Shown here: positions 60,032-64,000 of the stretch, in pieces
How positions within the stretch are numbered: position 1 is the stretch's first letter
Layout of the letters: every line of letters begins with the position of its first letter
Notes under the pieces: model-generated
Databases searched by the model: none
Told to the model about the DNA's origin: nothing
Seen by the model: the letters and a program-made list of their open reading frames with translations, nothing else
Origin: the human T2T-CHM13v2.0 reference genome, Homo sapiens
Reading direction: 5' to 3' (one strand)
NCBI RefSeq assembly: GCF_009914755.1
Contig: NC_060930.1
DNA length: 64,000 nucleotides
Translations under genes and position numbers: made by a program

Positions 60032-60812
60032 TTAAAAGAGAGCGAGATTCCCATCACTGAATCATTACTGGTCAGCAAAATTAAACTGTGTCTAACAGGA
60101 GATCTGCCACAAAAAAGGTTGGGATCATAATGAGTTAAACCATCTATTTTAGAAAGAACTAGAAATAAACCCATATTAGTCTCCAACCCCTCACCTCTCC
60201 CTTCTCACCTCCAGCTCTAGAGGAAAGAAAATCTACGAGCTCAAATTTTAGTGCTAAGCAGAAGGGAGATTAAAACAGCCTTCTAAATACTAAAAACCAG
60301 AGAAATCTAGCCTTTATGCATGTTTGTAGCTTGAATTTACACTACCTGAGAGAATTGGAGAAAAGTCTTGCTGAACATTTAATTTAGAGTGCCCCTGGAC
60401 TAACAGTTCTCATAAACCTAGAAGAAGGGGAAAATTCTCTTTGAAGGACCCCATCTTTAAGCTAGCTAAAGAGAATTTCTGCAAGTAGAATTACAAACCA
60501 TGAAGCAGCTCATGGTACAAAATTACTAAACAGCCAAGGCACAATGAGTAAGAGCTAGCAAAAACAACAGATTACATACACATAAAACAGACCCACAATA
60601 GTATGGTTAATATTATGATCAATTCTATATGCCTGAGCCTGAAATATGCCTGTTTACATACTTATATCTACAATATGAGAAAGATATAGAAAGATTCTAA
60701 CCAAGAGAAAGCTGATATAGCCATATTAACTATTAACATATTAATTAAGAGAAAGATGATAAAGCCATCCTCTTTTAAGCAACAAATATTACCAGAGAAA
60801 AGGGAGTTAGTT

Positions 60813-62360
<1,548 letters not shown>

Positions 62361-64000
62361 TTTTTCTGTTGTTTGGAATAGTTTCAGAAGGAATGGTACC
62401 TGCTCCTCTTTGTACCTCTGGTAGAATTCGGCTGTGAATCCATCTGGTCATGAGCTTTTATGGTTGATAGGCTATTAATTACTGCCTCAATTTCAGAACT
62501 TGTTACTGGTCTATTCAGGGATTTGGCTTCTTCCTGGTTTAGTCTTGGGAGGGTGTATGTGTAGAGGAATTTATCCATTTCTTCTAGATGTCTAGTTTAT
62601 TTGCGTAGAGGTGTTTATAGTACTCTGACAGTAGTTTGTATTTCTGTGGGATCACTGGTGATATCCTCTTTATCATTTCTTATTGTGTCTATTTGACTCT
62701 TCTCTCTTTTCTCCTTTATTAATCTAGCTATTGGTCTAACTATTTTGTTAATCTTTTCAAAAAACCAGCTCCTGGATTCATTGATTTTTTTCAAGGGTTT
62801 TTTGTGTCTCTATCTCCCTCAGTTCTGTTCTGATCTTAGTTATTTCTTGTCTCCTGCTAGCTTTTGAATTTGTTTGCTCTTGCTTCTCTAGTTCTTTTGT
62901 GATGTTAGGGTGTTGATTTTAGATCTTTCCTCCTTTCTCTTTTGGGCATTTAGTGCTATAAATTTCCTTAACACTGCTTTAGCTATGTCCCAGAGATTCT
63001 GGTATGTTGTGTCTTTGTTCTCATTGGTTTCATTTATTTCTGCCTACATTTCGTTATGTACCCAGTAGTCATTCAACAGCAAGTTGTTCAGTTTCCATGT
63101 AGTTGTGCGGTTTTCAGTGAGTTTCTCAATCTTATGTTCTAATTTGAGTCTGAGAGACTTACGATTTCCATTCTTTTGCATTTGCTGAGGAGTGTTTTAC
63201 TTCCAATTATGTGGTTGATTTTAGAATCAGTGCAATGTGGTGCTGAGAAGAATGAATATTCTGTTGATTTGGGGTACAGAGTTCTGTAGATGTCTATTAG
63301 GTCCACTTGGTCCAGAACTGAGTTCAAGTCCTGAATATCCTTGTTAATTTTCTGTCTCGTTGATGTAATGTTGACAGTGGGGTGTTAAAGTCTCCTACTC
63401 TTATTGTGTGGGAGTCTACATCTCTTTGTAGGTCTCTAAGAACTTGTTTTATAAATCTAGGTGCTCCTGTATTGAGTGCATATATATTTAGGATAGTTAG
63501 CTCTTCTTGTTGCATTGATCCCTTTACCATTATGTAATGCCCTTTGTTGTCCTTTTTGATCTTTGTTGGTTTAAAGTCTGTTTTATCAGAGACTAGAATT
63601 GCAACCCCTGCTTTTTTTTGCTTTCCATTTGCTTAGTAAATATTCCTCCATCCCTTTATTTTGAGCCTATGTGTGTCTTTGCATGTGAGATGGGTCTCCT
63701 GAATACAGCACACCAATAGGTCTTAACTGCTTATCCAATTGCCAGTCTGTGTCTTTTAATTAGGGCATTTAGCCCATTTACATTTAAGGTTAATATTGTT
63801 ATGGGTAAATCTGATCCTGTCATCATGATGCTAGCTGGTTATTTTGCACATTAGTTGATGCAATTTCTTCATAGTGTCATTGGTCTTTACATTTTGGTGT
63901 GTTTTTGCAGTGGCTGGTACTGGTTTTTCCTTTCCATATTTAGTGCTTCCTTCAGGAGCTCTTCTGGTGGTGACAAAATACCTCAGCATTTGCTTGTCTG
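62361..64000 (-). mobile_element. L1PA segment (end of ORF1 to mid-ORF2), antisense, running off the window
   Basis: Minus-strand fragments [51 protein letters not shown] and [16 protein letters not shown]; no 3'UTR or poly(A) at the left junction. Confidence 0.93.

Overview
Mammalian (primate, almost certainly human) genomic DNA, dominated by transposable elements. It covers the 5' end of the CMP-Neu5Ac hydroxylase gene (CMAH/CMAHP) on the minus strand and about 46 kb upstream of it. Two CMAH exons are visible: the ATG exon, joined through a probable GC-AG intron to a 204-bp exon carrying the first Rieske C-x-H motif. The next exon (92 bp, second Rieske motif) was not found. Where it is expected there is a chimeric young AluY with no target-site duplication, next to a cut-off HSMAR2 element (5980-6315), which matches the known human-specific Alu-mediated CMAH inactivation. 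Three intronless retrocopies lie on the + strand. The first is a young NUP50 copy with TSDs and poly(A), whose only disabling lesions fall in the first 28 codons, leaving an intact 439-aa ORF equivalent to the short Npap60S isoform. The second is an old CANT1 copy lacking the transmembrane anchor in frame and split by a solo LTR. The third is an old UBE2D2 copy split by an AluJ and cut by an antisense L1 segment. Also present are a two-LTR MER4-type provirus, a full-length L1PA nested in a MER11 solo LTR, and many Alu, L1M, L2, MIR and DNA-transposon relics. Family names and parent-gene comparisons come from recalled sequences, not database searches. Most short ORFs in the supplied track are repeat-derived noise.
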